Assembly: GCF_963921235.1 (NCBI RefSeq) | Contig: NC_086104.1 | Location: 54,064,001 to 54,128,000 of the forward strand | Source: Mobula hypostoma | Lineage: Eukaryota | Direction of reading: 5' to 3' | Length of the DNA: 64,000 nucleotides | Shown here: piece after piece, positions 39,434 to 50,585 of the stretch | How positions within the stretch are numbered: position 1 is the stretch's first letter | Layout of the letters: each line of letters opens with the position of its first letter | Translations under genes and position numbers: made by a program | The notes under the pieces: model-generated | The model's input: only the letters and a program-made list of their open reading frames with translations | Databases searched by the model: none | Told to the model about the DNA's origin: nothing

Positions 39434-40717
39434 TAGATTAGATTGAACTTTGTCATTGTGCTGAATACAGATACAAAGACAATGAAATGCAGTTACCATC
39501 CAACCAGAAATGCAAAGAATAGTGTTATTTACAAAATAAGTGTGAATAAAAAGTAAGTGCTACAGCACACGAATATAAAAGTACTGAGACAGTACAATAT
39601 GAGCGCAATACTGCTTAGTGCTGTGATGTGAGGTTCAGCAGTATCATAGCCTCAGGGAAGAAGTGATTCCTGTACCTGCTGGTGCGGGAGCAGAGGCTCC
39701 TGTAGCGTCTACCTGATGGGAGGAGAGGAAAAACTCCATGGTTAGGGTGAGATGCTGGATAATGCTTTTTGCCCTGCCCAGGCAGCATTTATGGTAGATG
39801 TTCTCAATGCTGGGCAATTGGGTGCTGATAATCCACTGGGCAGTTTTCACCACACGCTGGAATGCTTTGCGGTCCTATACGGGACAATTGCCATACCACA
39901 ATAAGATGCAGTTGGTGAGTATGCTCTCAGTGATACAGCGGTAAAAGTCTGTCAGTATCCTGGGACAGAGGTGAGCTTTCTTGATGCCCCGCAGGAAATA
40001 AAGGTGCTGTTGAGCCTTTTTGATCAGGATGGAGGAGTTCAGGGACCAGGTGAGATCCTTGGAAATGTGGACACCAAGGAATTTGAAGCTTGATACAGGC
40101 TTCACTACAGCTCCGCTGATGTAGACGGGGATGTAAGTGTAGCTTCCAGCATGCCTGAAGTCCACAATGATCTCCTTGGTCTTCTGGGTGTTAAGGGCCT
40201 GGTTGTTGTCAGCACACCATGCGGCCAGGTGCTGGACCTCATCCCTGTAGGCCGTCTCATCATCTCCTCTGATCAGGTCAACCACCGTGGTGTCGTCGGC
40301 AAGCTTGATTATGGAGTTAGAACCATGTACAGGAACGCAGTCATAGGTGAAAAGAGAGTACAGAAGAGGGCTCAGCACACAGCCTTGAGGCACGCCGGTG
40401 TTCAAGGTGAGAGTGGAGGAGGAGAGGTTGTCTAACTTAACTGATTGGGGTCTGTTAGTCAGAAAGTCCAAGGTCCAATTGCAGAGGGATGAGCTGATAC
40501 CAAGCTGGCGAAGTTTGGCGATCAGCTTGGAGGGGATCACAGTATTGAATGCCAAACTAAAGTCAATGAACAGCACTCTGATGTAAGAGTTGGGGCTGTC
40601 CAGGTGGGTCAGGGCAGAGTGAAGTGCTGTGGAGATGGCATCCTCTGTTGACCTGTTAGTGCAATAGGCAAATTGATGGGGGTCCAGGGTAGTGGGCAGA
40701 CAGGATTTCGGATGTTC
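39434..40717 (-). mobile_element. Rex1/Babar LINE fragment inserted in the Tc1 transposase
   Basis: ORF 39875-40729 ([40 protein letters not shown]). (TAGAT)n tail. The transposase frame resumes on both sides. Confidence 0.93.
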
Positions 40718-42759
40718 TACAGCTGTCAATCTGTCTAGAGCAGGCCATCCTCAAAAACTAAGTGAACCATGCAAAAAGGGGACTTGTGAGGAAGGTCACC
40801 AAGAGACCGATGTCAACTCTGGAGGAGATACAAGTTTCAGTGGCTGCGATGGGACAGACTGCGCATACAACTGTTGCCCAGGTATTTCAGCAGTTGTGCT
40901 TTATTAGAGAGTGGCAAAGAGAAAGCCACAGTTGGAAAAAAACTCATGAAATCTCGTCTAGAGTTTGCCAGAAGGCATGTGGGGCACTCTGAAGTCAGCT
41001 GGAAAAACAGCTTTTTAACCATCAGACTAAAACTTCTGTTTGGTGTAAGCCAAACACCGGACATCATCAAAACACACCATCCCTCCCATGAAGCATGGTG
41101 GTGGCTGCATCATTGTTGTGGGGATACATAAAGCCAAAGCAACACAGGAATGGCTTAAAAACAACAAAGTTAATGTCCTGGAGTGGCCAATTTACTGTCC
41201 AGATCTCCAATCTAATTGAGATTTTGTGGCTGGATTTGTAAAGGGCTGTTCACTAACAATCTCCAAGCAATCAGATAGAACTTGAGCAGTTCTGTAAAGA
41301 AGAATGAGAAAAATTTGGAGTGTCCAGATGTTCAAATCTCATAGAGACCTATCCACACAGACTGAAGGCTGTAATTGCTGCCAAAGGTGCATCTACTAAA
41401 TACCAACTGAACGGGGTGAGTAATTATGCAACCAATTATTTTGCGTTTAATAATTGTAATAAATTTAGACTAATTGGTAGAAATTTGTTTTCACTTTGCA
41501 CAAAACAGCTTTTTCTGTTGATCAGCGTCAAAAAAGCCAAATTAATTCTCCTGTGATTCAATGTCATATACTGTAACAATAAAAAATGAAAACTTCCAAG
41601 AGGGGCGAAAACTTTTGAAAGGTACTGTATTTACAAGGTCATGCCAAATAGTTATATGTTTGTGCATCTATTCTAGAACTTGATCTAGTGGAAAATGAGA
41701 ATGAAACAGGAGATTTTTCCAAATTGAGAGAAGATACAATATCATACACAACTCAAGAAAGAAAGATACCACACATAGAACACGAGTTGCTTTGAGAAAA
41801 TTAAAGGCATGAAAGGATGAATAAGCTAAATCTGTAAATTTTAGAATCTGAATCTGAATCTGACTGTTACTTCTCAACAGGGGAGAGAAGGTAAAAACTT
41901 TGTGTGTGGAAATGTATGACATTTATGTTTGAAACATGCAAACTACAATTGGAGTTGAATAAATCAGTTGCACTTGTTTGAACTTCTCCCATTGCTTCAT
42001 TATCTACATCTTCTGCATGCATCATGCTCAAAGTAAGGAAAACGTATAGTGCTGCTTTAAGAAAGAAACTAATATTGCAGATAACATTAGTTAAATCATA
42101 AAAGTTAATGTGGCCATTTCTTTTTAGTTTTCCCATCTGCTAACCTAATTCAGTTACACATGTATATCTCTTGTATAGTCCCAAAGTTAATACGTGGAAG
42201 TGAAATTGTTATATTGCAAATAGCTCACAAAACAGCCAACATTTTGTTTTAAGGAGATCCAGATAGTCTGGCATCCAGTAGAGGTTTGTTGTTTCTGGAT
42301 TCATTGTTGTTGAAAATAATGTTCAGATTGATAAGGAAATTATTCTTTGTTATTTCAGGGTGCATAGAATAAACTGCATGAAATTTTTGCTGACCATATG
42401 TTCTAATGAATTGATACAACATTGACTGACTTTTTAATGACACAAAGAAAGATAAAGTATAAAAACAGATCTGTTGAATCTCAATGTTCCAGCTTACCTT
42501 CACTTTGAGGAAAAAAAAATTACATTCTTTGATTTGAAAGCTTCCCCTTTGTTTCTTCCTGTCTTATGTTCAACAAGTTACTGTAACTACAGCGAGAAAC
42601 TCTGTTCATTCTGAAGCTCTTGAATCTTATTCCTTTGAAATGACCATCTTCCATGGCAGCAATCATCACATTAAGTGAAGCTTTTAAGAACATTACCAAC
42701 TGCCTTTTGACAATAACTTATTTTGTATTTTTTTCTCAAATCTAAACAAAATTTCATTG

Positions 42760-43960
42760 ATGAAGGACCAGCAGTAAACGTAGTGTATATGGATTTCAGC
42801 AAGGCATTTGATAAGGTACCCCATGCCAGGCTTATTGAGAAAGTAAGGAGGCATGGGATCCAAGGGGACATTGTTTTGTGGATCCAGAACTGGCTTGCCC
42901 ACAAAAGGCAAAGAGTGGTTGTTGACGGGTCATTTTCTACATGGAGGTCAGTGACCAGTGGTGCGCCTCAGGAATCTGTTCTGGGACCCTTACTCTTTGT
43001 GATCTTTAGAAATACCTGGATGAGGAAGTGGAAGGATGGGTTAGTAAGTTTGCTGATGACACAAAGGTTGGAGGTGTTGTGGATAGTGTGAAGGGGGTGT
43101 CAGAGGTTACAGCGGGACAGTGATAGGATGCAGAACTGGGCTGAGAAGTGGCAGATGGATTTCAACCCAGTTAAGTGTGAAGTGGTTCATTCTGGTAGAT
43201 CAAACAGGATGGCAGAATATAGTATTAATGGTAAGACTCTTGTCAGTGTGGAGGATCAGAGGGATCTTGGGGTCCGAGTCCATAGGTCGCTCAAAGCAGC
43301 TGCGCAGGTTGACTCTGTGTTTAAGAAGGCATATGCTGTATTGGCCTTCATCAATAGTGGAATTGAATTTAGGAGCTGAGAGGTAATGTTGCAGCTATAA
43401 AGGATCCTGGTCAGACCCCACTTGGAGTACTGTGCTCAGTTCTGGTCGCCTCACTACAGGAAGGATGTGGAAGCCATAGAAAGGATGCAGAGGAGATTTA
43501 CAAGGTTGTTGCCTGGATTGGGGAGCATGCTGTATGAGAATAGGTTGAGTGAATTTGGCCTTTTCTCCTTGGAGCAACGGAGGATGAGAGGTGACCTGAT
43601 AGAGGTATACAAGATGATAAGAGGCATTGATCGTGTGGATAGTCAGAGGCTTTTTCCCAAAGCCTCAAGAAGCCACAGGTTTAATGTGCTGCGGAGTAGG
43701 TACAGAGAAGATGTCAGGGGTAAGTTTTTTATTCGGAGAGTGGTGAGTGCGTGGAATGGGCTGCCGGCATCGCTGGTGGAGGCGGATATGATAGGGTCTT
43801 TTAAGAGACTTTTGGATAGGTACATGGAGCTTAGAAAAATAGAGGGCTATAGGTAAGTCTAGTAATTTCTAAAGTAGGGACATGTTTGGCACAACTTTGT
43901 GGGCCAAAGGGCCTGTATTGTGCTGCAGGTTTTCTATGTTTTCTATGTTCTATGTTTTCT
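42760..43960 (+). mobile_element. CR1 LINE 3' half
   Basis: ORFs 42723-43091 (YMDFSKAFDKVPH), 43128-43379 and 43422-43856. (TTTCTATG)n tail. Confidence 0.93.
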
Positions 43961-44757
43961 AAAGTGAATTATTTTACCATCAAGCTACAGGCAACGTCTT
44001 GAGATTCATCTTACAGGCAGCCGCCAAAAAAAAGAAACCAATAGAACCCATTTTTCGGGAAAAAAGCATCAAACATCCAATGTACAGTAAGAAAATCAAA
44101 TTGTTAACAATAAAATTAAGGAAATAACACTTAGAACTGAAGTTCACTAAAGTCAGTCCACAGTCACAAAGCCAAGCTCTAAAGCACTATCAAATTCTTT
44201 ACTATTGATACTGATATCCGATCTCTAAATGCCACCCACATATAAAGCAAGCTTATAATGTACAATATAAAGATTACTTGATTCACCAAGATGGAACCGT
44301 CCAAAAATAGGAGTAAACCCAAAAGACAGTGGTGGGGCTGTCATTAGTCTGAGCATTTTCACCATCACAGGGACCCTAAAAAGCCTCCATTAAATGTTTT
44401 GCTTAGCAATTAATTTGTCCAGAAGCATGTTTTTCTAATGTGAGCACTTAAAATGTTGTCAGCATTTCACAATAAGTTTGGAGCTGCCTTATGAAATGTA
44501 CTGATGTGCCAAGGGTCTATTAAATCGTATCACAAAGCAAAACTCATTAGGTTGTGCTTCTTATATTTTTGTTACTGCCAATTGACAAACATTTTTTTGG
44601 AACCAGCTGCATCAACATTTCTTAAATGTTTGAACCATACATTCCAAAACTTGCATCGTTAGCAGTGAGTAATGTCAGGAAACCTTGGACATGGCAGCAT
44701 GGATTTCCACTTTTGCTATGTTACCTGGAAATGATGACTAATAAAATTTATTTATTT

Positions 44758-45280
44758 AAAGGTTTCAAGGTCCAATTTAATGTCAGAGAAATGTATACAA
44801 TATACATTCTGAAATGCTTTATCTTCGCAACCATCCACGAAAACAGAGGAGTGCCCCAAAGAATGAATGACAGTTAAATGTTAGAACCCCAAAGTCCCCC
44901 ACCATCTACCCCCCGACACACACGTAAGTGGCAGCAAGCGACAATCCCCCTCCCCACACCGGCAAAAAAAAAGCATCAGCACCCACCACCGAGCACTCAA
45001 GCAATACAATGTGGAATAGGTCCTTCTGTCCCTCAAGCCATGCTGCCAGCAACCCACCAATTTAACCCAAGCCTAATCACAGAACAATTTACAGTGACCA
45101 ATTAACCTACTAACCGGTACATCCTAAGAGTGTTAGAGGAAACTGGAGCAGCTGGAGGAAACTCACACGTTCAAAGGGAGGATGTTCCAACTCCATACAG
45201 ATGATGTCAGAAATGAACTCTAAACTCCAATGCCCCAAGCTGTAGTAGTGTCGTGCTAACCACGACACCACCACAGCACC
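44758..45280 (-). mobile_element. Non-autonomous LINE-derived tail (44758-45003) abutting a V-SINE (45005-45280)
   Basis: First part is the reverse complement of 27400-27654. Second part has the V-domain GGAAACTGGAGCAGCTGGAGGAAACTCAC. Confidence 0.7.
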
Positions 45281-45994
45281 CACTGTGACTTATATCAATC
45301 ATGGATCATAATATGCTGACAAAAAGAAAAGTTCTATCCAATTTAATTTCTAAGCACAATTTCCTATTGAATACAAAGCTAAAATGCTTACTGCACAGCA
45401 GCAATTAGAAATTTATTTACTCAAAACAGCAATTAATCTTTCTGTTTTCTCATTCAAGCCTAACCTCCTTCAATATGTGATTTTCATGATCAATATTGTC
45501 AAGACAAGCAATAACAAAGTAAATCACAATGCAAGTAACAATACTATCAATATTTAATTTAATAGTGGGCTATTCTTAGAACATTCTCACAGGATGAAAG
45601 AAGAAACATGAGAGAACCTGAAGTGCAATTCCTGTCATATATATTTGCTCCCATTAGCTGGCCATCTGCTGTTCAGTTAAGAATATGCAACTACAATGCC
45701 TATCATCCATTATGGATGGGAATAATCTCATTCTGTAGACATATAAACCCCATTTTTACTCATACATATCAAATGAAGAGCCAAAAGGGTATTCTGCTAT
45801 TTTATGGCAAATTCAATTCGATGGTTATTAGATAATTTTGTACACCCAGCAGTTGGAAAGTGCATGAATGTTCTATTAGTATAATTCTGCCAACTAAATA
45901 TAAATAATAACTGACTAAAATCTTATTTTTTTTTAAATAAAATATAATTTTCTTTTTAATCAAGTTACTAATAGGCTTAGCTTAATTTCACTGA

Positions 45995-46975
45995 GTGATT
46001 TTAATGTGGTGTTCTGCAGGGTTCAGTGTTGGGACCGCTTCTTTTCACATTTATATGTCAATGATTTATATGACAGAAGTGATGAATTTTTGGGCCAAGT
46101 TTGCAGATGATATGAAGATTGGTGGAGAGGCAGATGGAGTTCAGAAAGCTGGTAGTCTGCAGAAAGACATATTGGGAGAATGGGCAAAGAAGTGGCAGAT
46201 ATAGTGTAGGGAAGTGTATGGTCCTGCACTTTGGTATAAGGAAAAAAGGCATAGACTTTTTCTAAATGGGGTGAAATTCCAAAAATTAGAGATGCAAAGG
46301 GAATTTAAAGTCACTCTTCAGGTTTCACTAAAGGTTAATTTACAGGTTGAGTCAGATTTAAGCAAGGCAAATGCAATGTTAGTATTCATTTCAAGAGGAC
46401 TATAATATAAAAGCAAAAATGTAATGCTAAGGCTTTATAAGGAATTTGTCAGTCCGCACCAAGACAACTGTGAGCAGTTTTGGATCCCTTATCACAGAAA
46501 ATACAGTATGTGCTGGCATTGGAAAGGATCCCCAAAATGAAAGGGTTAACATATGAGAAACATTTGATGACTCTGGGTCCATACTCACTGGAGTTTAGAA
46601 GAATGAAGGGAGGTGTCATTGAAACCTATTGAATATTGAAAGGTCTAAGCAGAGTTGATGTGGAAAGGATGTTTCCTATAGTGGGGAGTCTAGGAGCAGA
46701 GAGCACAGTTTTAGAATAGAGGGACTTCCATTTTGAACAAAGGTAATGAGGAATCTATTCAGCCAGAGGGCAGTGTTTCTGTGAAGTTCATTGCCACAGA
46801 CAGCTGTGGAGGCCAAGCCACTGAGTATATTTAAAGTGGAAGTTGATTAATCAGGGTGTCAAAGGTTATGGGGAGAACCTTTAAGTTGAGAGGATTAATA
46901 AATTAGCCATGATGGAATGGTGGAGAAGACTCAAAGGGCTGAAAGGCCGAACTCTAACCCTATATATTATGGTTT
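45995..46975 (+). mobile_element. CR1 LINE 3' half, degraded
   Basis: QGSVLGPLLF, KFADDMKIGG and ANAMLVFISRGL motifs. Confidence 0.85.
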
Positions 46976-47377
46976 AAACCTGAGAATTTCTCTACTGAGA
47001 AATGCCAATAATCAGATGGGGAGAGGTTCCTCCTGACAGGATGGATTTACTCTTGCTTGAGATAGCCAAAGATATTGCCTCAGGATTGACCAGTGGTAAT
47101 GGCCAAATAGTATTTATTAATAATTTATTAATTTTCTACCAGCCAGTAGCAACTGATGCTGTCTTGACATCCATATACTGCCTAGCAGTTGCAGGGATGA
47201 TGCTTCCACTGGCTGGTATAACGAGGACAATAACAAGGAATTAGTCATCTCAGCTACAGGTGAAGAGAAATTTCTTCATTCAAGAGTAGTGAATATTTTG
47301 GAACTCACTAACCAAGAAGTTCACCAGGAAGAGACCAATTAAATTTTTAGATCTTAAGAGAATCAGGGGATATGGGT

Positions 47378-47608
47378 TGTTAATGTGTTGTGCAATTGAA
47401 AAGATTAAATTAATTAAAAGAAAGACATGGGAGACAAGAGATACAAGTGCATTAGATATATTAGCAAGGTGCACATGTGATGTGATGACATATGCCATTC
47501 TCATACTTCGTACATAAAACCATAACAACTGCTTAAACTTTAAACAACTGCTTAAACAATATATTTACTATGTGACTCAAATATTAGTGAAACATTAAAT
47601 ACACAACA
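47378..47608 (-). repeat. 3' LTR of the Gypsy element
   Basis: Shares TGTGCAAT, GAAAGACATGGGAG, GCACATGT, ATGACATAT.CCATTC, AATATATTTAC and ATTAAATACACAACA, in order, with 51822-52062. Confidence 0.85.
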
Positions 47609-48074
47609 CTCTTCCCTGCTTAGCTATAAACTCCAACTCAATATAGAATGTCTTTCAACTTGTGTACGTACAGTATATATGCAGTATACTATATAACTTC
47701 TATATAGGTATCCAATATTACTAAAATACTGAACACACACACTTCTCCCTGCTTAGCTATAAACTACAACTCAATAGAGAATGCGTCTCAACTATTGTAT
47801 ATACACAGTATACTCTATAATACAACTACTCTACAGACATCCACAGCATAGTAAACTTTAAATTGTCCCATTCGGGCCAAACAATTTATTTGTTGTGGAG
47901 GCTTTCTTGGTCTTGTGGTATAAAGTCTTTCCTGACAAGGGAGGTCACTCTGCTTGACAGGTGAGATTTGTGGCTTTGAGAACAACCTTTGGTTCTGGGG
48001 CCTCCTCTGTGGTGGCTGAAGGAGTTGAATATGAATCTGCAGGAAATGATTCTGACAGCTCTGGATACCTTTCT

Positions 48075-49183
48075 CCTTTTCTCACTGGATCTATTTTGGT
48101 TCGTCCTTATCTCCCAGTCATGGCTTCCTTCTCTCCCTTTATCCCACTCTCAATCACTTTCTCAATCGCACTCTCTTTCCTTATCCTTGGTTTTCTCACG
48201 ATCCCTATCACAGTCCCGATCTTGCTCTCACATTCATTCCCACTCTCTTTCATGTCTTTCTCTTTCTCACAGTCCTGTTATTTCCCTTCACCTTCTTGAG
48301 AAATTAGGTTCATTTAGCCACTTCCATTTCCATAGCACTTGTGTCATCCTCCTGTCGTTTCCATTCCCTTCTTTCTGTGATGTGCATTTGGTTCACTGGA
48401 ATATTCTCTTATTAGTTCTCCTATTGCTGTTCCAATATCTCTTTTCGGTTTCGTTATCCACAACAATAGTCTGGTGAATCCAATGTTTTCATATCTCCGT
48501 TAGCTCCTTTCTTTTTGGCCAATCAGCTGGGCTTTGGTCTTTGGTCTTTGCCTCTACTCTTACAAGCAGCTTTTTATATCCCACATGAAGTCAGTGCAAT
48601 AATCTTAATGCAATAAGAGTAGATTCTGGCTCTTTATGCTCACACGTGGCCAAGTGGTTAAGGCATTGGACTAGTGACCTGAAGGTTGTGAGTTCGAGAC
48701 CCCTGCCGGGGCAATGTGTTGTGTCCTTGAACAAGGCACTTAATCACACATTGCTCTGCGACGACATTGGTACCAAGCTGTATGGGTCCTAATGCCCTTC
48801 CCTTGGACAACATTGGTGTCGTAGAGAGGGGAGACTTGTAGCATGGGCAACTTCTGGTCTTCCATACAACCTTGCTTTAGGTCTGCGGCCTGGAGAGTGA
48901 AGACCTTCCAGGTTCAGAACCATGGTCTCGCAAGACTAACGGATGCCTTTATGCTCACAAAAGATGAATGCTTGCAACTTTCCTGAAGCATCTTGAACTC
49001 TCTTGCAGCTAGGACCAAGACACATTTCACAAGTAACTGTCTGATTAATACAGATAGGTTGTCCACAAAAACTGTTGTAGATGGACCATGACTTTCATCA
49101 CTTTCATGATTCCTCTGAGTAGCATGGTCCTTCCTTGGTCCAATATGCTTCCCAACTACGGTTACAGAGGTTGGCACCAATAC
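48075..49183 (-). pseudogene. RBM25: Intronless partial RBM25 retrocopy (RRM, linker, RE/RD-rich region), disabled and interrupted by a SINE
   Basis: Minus strand reads VLVPTSVTVVGKHIGPRKDH...GPSTTVFVDNLS, VLIRQLLVKCVLV, (frameshift) SCKRVQDASGKLQAFIFCEHKEPESTLIALRLLH*LHVGYKKLLVRVEAKTK, AKKKGANG, LIREYSSEPNA, AMEME..K*.LIS, DRDCDRDREKTKDKERE. This is colinear with vertebrate RBM25 from about residue 53 to about 390 as I recall the human sequence. Confidence 0.92.
48645..48946 (+). mobile_element. tRNA-derived SINE with a CORE-like segment and 13-bp TSD
   Basis: A box TGGCCAAGTGG, B box GTTCGAGAC, CORE-like GTGTCCTTGAACAAGGCACTTAA. TSD CTTTATGCTCACA at 48632-48644 and 48947-48959. Confidence 0.9.
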
Positions 49184-49328
49184 CTGTTTGCCCTCTGCTG
49201 GGCAACACTGCATGGAGACAGTTATGGATAGAAGTCCATTCAAGCTGTACTTGTCTCAGCCAATCAGGTCTCCACAACACTGGCCCTCCTGGTTTTACAA
49301 CATACAAGCTCACTGTGGCTTATTGATT

Positions 49329-50585
49329 CGCAAAGCCTACTGACTCTCACAGCTAGCTGGACTATTCCTCTTCTCGCCCTGTCTCTTGCAAAAATGCCAT
49401 CCCCTTCTCGCAATTCCTCCATCTCCGCCGCATCTGCTCTCAGGATGAGGCTTTTCATTCCAGGACGAGCGAGACGTCCTTTTTTAAAGAAGGGGCTTCC
49501 CTTCCTCCACCATCAACTCTGCTCTCAAAAGCATCTCCCCCATTTCACGCACACCTGCTCTCACTCCATCCTCTCACCACCCTACTAGGAATAGGGTTCC
49601 CCTGGTCCTCACCTACCACCCCACCAGCCTCCAGGTCCAACATATTATTCTCCGTAACTTCCGCCACCTCCAACGGGATCCCACCACTAAGCACAGCTTT
49701 CCCTCCCCCCCGCTTTCCGCAGGGATCGCTCCCTAAGCGACTCCCTTGTCCATTCGTCCCCCCCATCCCTCCCTCCTGGCACTTATCCTTGTAAGCGGAA
49801 CAAGTGCTACACAAGCCCTTACACTTCCTCCCTTACCACCAATCAGGGCCCCAGACAGTCCTTCCAGGTGAGGCAACACTTAACCTGTGAGTCAGCTGAG
49901 GTGATATACTGCGTCCAGTGCTCCCGATGTGGCCTTCTATATATTGGCGAGACCCGACGCAGCCTGGGAGACCGCTTTGCTGAACACCTACACTCTGTCC
50001 GCCAGAGAAAGCAGGATCTCCCAGTGGCCACACATTTTAATTCCACATCCCGTTCCCATTCTGACATGTCTATCCACGGCCTCCTCTACTGAAAAGATGA
50101 AGCCACACTCAGGTTGGAGGAACAACACCTTATATTCCGTCTGGGTAGCCTCCAACCTGATGGCATGAACATTGACTTCTCTAACTTCCGCTAATGCCCC
50201 ACCTCCCCCTCGTACCCCATCCATTATTTATTTTTATACACACATTCTTTCTCTCACTCTCCTTTCTCTCCCTCTGTCCCTCTGACTATACCCCTTGCCC
50301 ATCCTCTGGGATCCCCCCGCCCTTGTCGTTCTCCCTGGGCCTCCTGTCCCATGATCCTCTCATATCCCCTCTGTCAATTACCTGTCCAGCTCTTGTCTCC
50401 ATCCTTTCCCCTCCTGTCTTCTCCTATCATTTTGGATCTCCCCCCCCCCCCACTTTCAAATCTCTTACTAACTCTTCCTTCAGTTAGTCCTGACGAAGGG
50501 TCTCAGCCTGAAACGTTGAACTGTATCTCTTCCTAGAGATGCTGCCTGGCCTGCTGCGTTCACCAGCAACTTTGATGTGTGTTGC
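49329..50585 (+). mobile_element. 5'-truncated Penelope-like element (RT C-terminus, GIY-YIG endonuclease, terminal repeat) with a 14-bp TSD
   Basis: KPTDSHS.LDYSSS at the 5' end. ORF 49868-50092 (VIYCVQCSRCGLLYIGETRRSLGDRFAEH...PVATHFN). TSD GTGGCTTATTGATT at 49315-49328 and 50586-50599. Confidence 0.93.
50486..50522 (+). ncRNA. Minimal hammerhead-ribozyme motif in the Penelope terminal repeat
   Basis: AGTC-CTGACGA-AGG(GTCTCAG)CCT-GAAA-CG-TT-GAACT: CUGANGA and GAAA core boxes, short stem II, and palindromic AACGTT in place of stem III. Confidence 0.7.

Larger units (their letters stand above)
38608..41627 (+). mobile_element. Tc1-family DNA transposon with long TIRs and decayed transposase, hosting two insertions
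   Basis: TA|CAGTGC...GTACTG|TA termini with ~200-bp degenerate inverted repeats. Transposase pieces: ISKSLNNPWSTVKSFIKK (about 39370-39420), [56 protein letters not shown]. Confidence 0.9.

Noticed and set aside
41867-42660. Exon-like stretches (MHAEDVDNEAMGEVQ; donor-like AAG|GTAAGC near 42495)
   Set aside because: Non-canonical acceptor or in-frame stops; cannot be supported.
47961-48477. Plus-strand Ser/Leu-rich ORFs resembling membrane proteins
   Set aside because: They are antisense readings of the purine-rich RBM25 RE/RD region.
48645-48720. tRNA gene (also 58980-59053)
   Set aside because: A/B boxes are present, but they continue into SINE bodies bounded by TSDs and no full cloverleaf is evident.
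48075-49183. A functional RBM25 gene or paralogue
   Set aside because: Partial and intronless, with stops, frameshifts, deletions and a SINE inside the RRM.
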